A program made the position numbers and the translations under genes. Of a stretch of DNA of 64,000 nucleotides, positions 59,814 to 64,000 are shown one piece after another (positions within the stretch are counted from its first letter, which is position 1; each line of letters begins with the position of its first letter). The stretch is from Heteronotia binoei (taxonomy: Eukaryota): assembly GCF_032191835.1 (NCBI RefSeq), contig NC_083237.1, positions 38,688,001 through 38,752,000 on the forward strand, written 5' to 3'. The notes below the pieces were generated by a model. It saw nothing but the letters and a program-made list of their open reading frames with translations, did not search any database and was not told where the DNA came from.

Positions 59814-60312
59814 TTCTAATGTTGTTCCCAAGATGCTAGAAATCTTAGACAAAAACAACACTGTCACATATGCTGGCTGTATTACTCAGCTCTATATCTT
59901 TATTACTCTAGGTACAGCAGAAGGTTTCATTCTGTGAATCATAGCATATGATTGTTACCTAGCAAGCTCAACCCTCAGCAATATCCAGCTCCCATGAATA
60001 ACAAACTCTGCTTTCAATTGGCTGCTTTCAATTGGGTTGGTGCTGTCATTATCAGCATTCCACCACTTGTCTCAATTTGAGGGCCCAATGAGATCAACGC
60101 TTTTTTTGTGATGTACCCCCTTTACTGGAACTTTCTTGCTTCAACCTGCATGCAACGGAACTGTTCAGTTTTGTGGTGGCCACCAGTGTTGTGACTTTTT
60201 CCGTCCTCATTTTGTCTTTTGTTTTCATTATAATCACTGTTTTGAAAATCCCCTTCTGTTCTGGGTGCCAAAAAGCTTTCTCAGCTTGTGGGACCCATCT
60301 GGCTGTGATAAG
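59814..60312 (+). pseudogene. OR pseudogene fragment (TM2-TM6), cut by the Ngaro-like element
   Basis: SNVVPKMLE..., a degraded AYDCYLA motif, FCDVPPLLELSC and KAFSACGTHLAV, followed directly by element sequence. Confidence 0.85.
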
Positions 60313-61503
60313 GTAATTGCCCCTCCAGTCGGAATGAAGAAGCAGACACAAGTGTTGGGTTTAAAAACCGGGCCGCTTTATTAAAACATTAATTAACTGT
60401 GACTGGCAGGGGGGTGAAAACCTAAGCCAGACAAGCCCTGGGGTCAACCCCGGACCCCGCCTTGTCCAAAGGGCGAGCCACCCTGCCCCCAGCACAAGCC
60501 CACCATATTCGGGTTGTAGCTGAGCGGCCAGGCCTCGAGCCACCACCATCCGGTCCGGCATCAATCCCCATGGAAAGATCCACCCAGGTGAGGCTCCCTG
60601 TGATCTGCAATCCCCGCACTGAACCGTGTAGCCCATCTACGGTTCATACAGACCACCGCACCAACGGTGCTAGGCCATAGGTGCTCCCCTGGAAAACCCT
60701 GTGGCCAACCTCCTGCAGCCTGCGACCAAGACAAATATCTCTAACAATTCCTAACCTACCAGGCAGTACAAGGTAGGCGAAAAACACCCCCACATGAGCC
60801 AATTGCGTGGAAGCGAAAAAATTCCCACCTGGCCCCTAATAAGGTGACCGGCATACGCCTGTACTGCCAAAGGGAGGGTGGGTGGGCAGAGAGCCAAAAA
60901 CAAACTGCGTGGCAGAGGGCGGTAGCCGGGGCTTATAAAGCCCCAACTCCCCGCCCTAGCAAACACCCGTATGTCGGGTGATGCTGCTTCTCCCGCCTTC
61001 CGGGAGGGGCAAAGATGGCCCCCAGCCTATAGGCCAGCAAGCCGGCTCGGCTGGGTAGGGACCGGACCTTGCCCCCCCCCAGTTGGAATGAAGAAGTAGA
61101 CAAAAGTGTTGGGTTTAAAAACCGGGCCGCTTTATTAAAACATTAATTAACTGTGACTGGCAGGGGGGTGAAAACCTAAGCCAGACAAGCCCTGGGTTCA
61201 ACCCCGGACCCCGCCTTGTCCAAAGGGCAAGCCACCCTGCCCCCAGCACAAGCCCGCCATATTCGGGTTGTAGCTGAGCGGCCAGGCCTCGAGCCACCAC
61301 CATCCAGGCCGGCATCAATCCCCATGGAAAGATCCGCCCAGGTGAGGCTCCCTGTGATCTGCAATCCCCGCACTGAGCCGTGTAGCCCATCTACGGTTCA
61401 TACAGACCACCGCACCAATGGTGCTAGGCCATAGGTGCTCCCCTGGAAAACCCTGTGGCCAACCTCCTACAGCCACCGCCAATGCCAAGCCTCTGCTTAG
61501 GCA

Positions 61504-62114
61504 TTAGCGCCCCACCGGTTGGCCCAGAGCCGACCGCACCCCCTGCCGAATCTCGTCTAAAAAGGCCCGGTTACCCAAATCAGAAAGGTGAACACCATCC
61601 GGCCGTACAGGTCAGCCTGCTCGACCCGTATGGCTGGATGCGGGAGAAAAATTCCCAATCCCCCCTCCATAGCTTTCTGAATGGCCCTATTGGCCTTGCG
61701 CCTGGCGCGTTCCACACCGCCCGGCGAAATGGCATGCCTCCACACTCTGCGTGGCAAAATTGCCGACCAAACCAAAATAACCCAGGGCCACCTCCGACAA
61801 ATTTCCCGGAGGTCAGCCAATGCCTGCTGGGAGAGAGCTTTCCCCCGCAGCAGCCCCAAGTCGTTCCCACCCAAGTGGACGACAAGAATGTGTGGAGGTG
61901 GTGCCTTCCATTCCTTGAACAACAGGGGCATGATCCCGGGCCAGCGCAGCCTCCGACGACCCAGCCAATCCACAGTGGCCCATGCACTGAGGCCAAGCTG
62001 GGTGCCCACTGAAGACCGTCTGGTGAAATGGGCAGCCCAGAAAACCATGCTGTGCCCGCAGATGAGAACGCGACGCCTCTCACCACAAGCACCAGCACCT
62101 GAAAAGACAAACAA
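61504..62114 (-). pseudogene. SGNH-type hydrolase ORF of the Ngaro-like element, one frameshift
   Basis: ICGHS (block I), HLGGND (block III), and DGVH (block V) restored by one extra base near 61605. TAA at 61504-61506. Confidence 0.75.
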
Positions 62115-62165
62115 CTGTTAACATACAATAGCGACAATACAACCCAAAGGCCCACCACCTACACA

Positions 62166-64000
62166 CTAGGTGACCAAAGGGCGAACATACGTTTTATAAG
62201 CCGACGACCGCCATCGGCCTATATGACGAATGGCGGAGGGCGTGTAACCCATAGAAGCGGCTGTGGAGGCTGCCCCAATCCTGAAGGAATGCGTCCCAAA
62301 TTTGACGCCCAGTAAACCCAACCTTGCCAGGGCCCTACTTGTGACCTTCCAAAATTGATATTTGGTGAGAGGAGAGCCGTCATCATGCCTTAGAAAGGGG
62401 CCCCCACCATCCCCCTGTTAGCGTAACTGCTCTCAAAATGAGATTGGGGAATTAGATTGAGAGACAGCTGGCCCAATAGGAATCTTTGTTATCTGTGTAT
62501 ACCAGGCTCAACCATTCAGAAAGTCAATGCTCAATAAACTGGACTCTAATTTAATAAAATCAATTGTAATTTATTTGAAACAATAGTTCTTTCACACAAG
62601 GTACAAAAACAACCACACATTCACACAGATCTAGAGAAATATAGAGAGATCGATAGGGGTACATAAAAGGATGGACATACAGGGTGATAATACCTCTTGC
62701 AGACTCCAAGGAAGACTCCGATGGCGACAAATGAGGGAATGGGGGATGGACCCGAAACTGATCAGGAATCGGGGATGGATCTATACAGCGGAATAAGGGG
62801 GTTGCTGAATAGAGAGCACACCTGTGGGTAGCTAGTCCACAGGTTATATAGAGTCCCCTCAGTCCTGAGGGGATGGGAGGTGACTGGGAGTGGTAATGGG
62901 AGGTTCCGCTGATGACCAAGAAGGCTGGACATCGGCTAGACCAATGGCGAGTTCATGGCGACACCTGATTGGGTGTATGCTTCAACCAATGAACATCACC
63001 TTCATCCTGGGCACCCTGGAAACTTCCAAGTTGCGACAGGGCCTGGGGTGGCTCCGGTGATATCAGTATGGAAATGGTTGGGTGATTGGGATGAGATGGG
63101 ATTATCTGGGAAGGTGACAATAGGAAATCAGATATGGACCTAGGTATTCCGGTGTAGACAAAAGAGCTTGGAGGTAGCAGGAGAGATCCTTCCTCTTTCT
63201 CATCATCTCCTGGGTGAGGACTGCTGTTCAGGACATTACTTAGCAATCAGGATCAACAGTTGAGCCATTAATCCATTCATAAACTAGATAGGTTGCTTGC
63301 GGGCTAGGAATGACTCAAGGTGTGTACGTGAGGTTCCCACTGAGAAGGAATGAAGCCCAACCAGGCAGGAAGATGGCTACATGTGGTGTTAGCGAAACAC
63401 AGTGGCTTCCATGCTTAGCGCTTCAACACCGTTCGCCTGGACAGCTCCTTGGCGGCGTAGCCTCCTCCTCGCCATGGCGGACTCCACGCGGTAGCGGGGA
63501 AACGTCCGTGTGCGTCTGCAGACACTCTGTGCCTGTCTCAAGCACTTGTATAATTGGTGGTTGGTACACATGAGTCCTATGTAGTTCCTGGATAGTTCTA
63601 CTCACACTCACTGGCCAGGCGGGTGCAAGCTCACTTCTCCAGGCGCCCTGGCAACCATGTGTGTGACAGAGGGGTCATTTTCTCACACCCCCTAACCTGA
63701 ATGTAACGCCGAACAGCCCTAACCGGACATAATTCCTGTATGGAGCACGTACCAATCGTGATGACGGATCCCCTCTGCCTCTGGTCAGTCTTGGACCGGC
63801 GAATGGTCAGAACAAGCTGACTATTAGTGATTTTGACATCCCCGGACTGGAGCGCCCTCCCAGAAGTATCAGCCTTAGACTGTACTACCAGCTCACTTAC
63901 ACGCAAGGCCCCCAAAAAGGCCAACAACGAGGCAGCATGAAACAATGCTGCCTCAAAGGGTGAAGAACAAACACCGAGCCAACCCCCAAACAACCCACGA
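62166..64000 (-). pseudogene. Tyrosine recombinase, interrupted by a solo LTR at 62416-63687
   Basis: LRVSEL and SKTDQ at 63.7-63.95 kb. HSFRIGAAS, GRW and AYKTY at 62.17-62.4 kb. Confidence 0.88.
62416..63687 (-). mobile_element. Solo LTR (1272 bp), ERV-like or gypsy
   Basis: TG...CA termini, flanked by C runs on both sides. On the minus strand: CCAAT, TATATAA (~62845-62851) and AATAAA (~62570). Confidence 0.8.

Larger units (their letters stand above)
60317..64000 (-). mobile_element. Tyrosine-recombinase retrotransposon (Ngaro/DIRS group), 3' part; continues beyond the window
   Basis: YR gene, SGNH hydrolase ORF and split direct repeats: 61069-61474 is repeated at 60317-60720, with 348 unique bp between. 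Confidence 0.88.

Noticed and set aside
61455-62158. Plus-strand and alternative-frame ORFs over the Ngaro hydrolase
   Set aside because: They are shadow ORFs. Only the minus-strand 61557-62114 frame carries SGNH motifs.

Overview
This looks like a squamate (gecko-like) genomic window; that assignment is inferred from Sauria and 5S-Sauria SINEs, CR1, Penelope relics and the hAT/PIF MITE set. It is an AT-rich olfactory receptor (OR) cluster with four intact single-exon class II OR genes (2782-3723, 8213-9184 and 27035-27997 on the minus strand; 57583-58566 on the plus strand) and three OR pseudogenes. Two blocks (~36.9-40.9 kb and ~55.3-59.6 kb) are a segmental duplication. Most of the rest is nested transposable elements. 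The main structure is a 9.9-kb segment (14569-24477) bounded by perfect 15-bp hAT-type TIRs and an 8-bp TSD, with no visible transposase. It carries GC/CpG-rich cargo and a very young, almost intact sushi/Tf1-type Ty3/gypsy element (17608-23350). That element shows a self-priming PBS, a PEG10-type GGGAAAC+pseudoknot -1 frameshift, lesions only in poly-G runs, and a chromodomain replaced by a hairpin-rich tail. Also present: a truncated chromodomain-bearing relative, several solo LTRs, CR1/L2/RTE-X-like LINE pieces, Penelope relics with degenerate hammerhead motifs, and a Ngaro/DIRS tyrosine-recombinase retroelement running off the right end with a solo LTR inside its recombinase gene. All coordinates were read by eye and family names come from motif recognition, not database searches.
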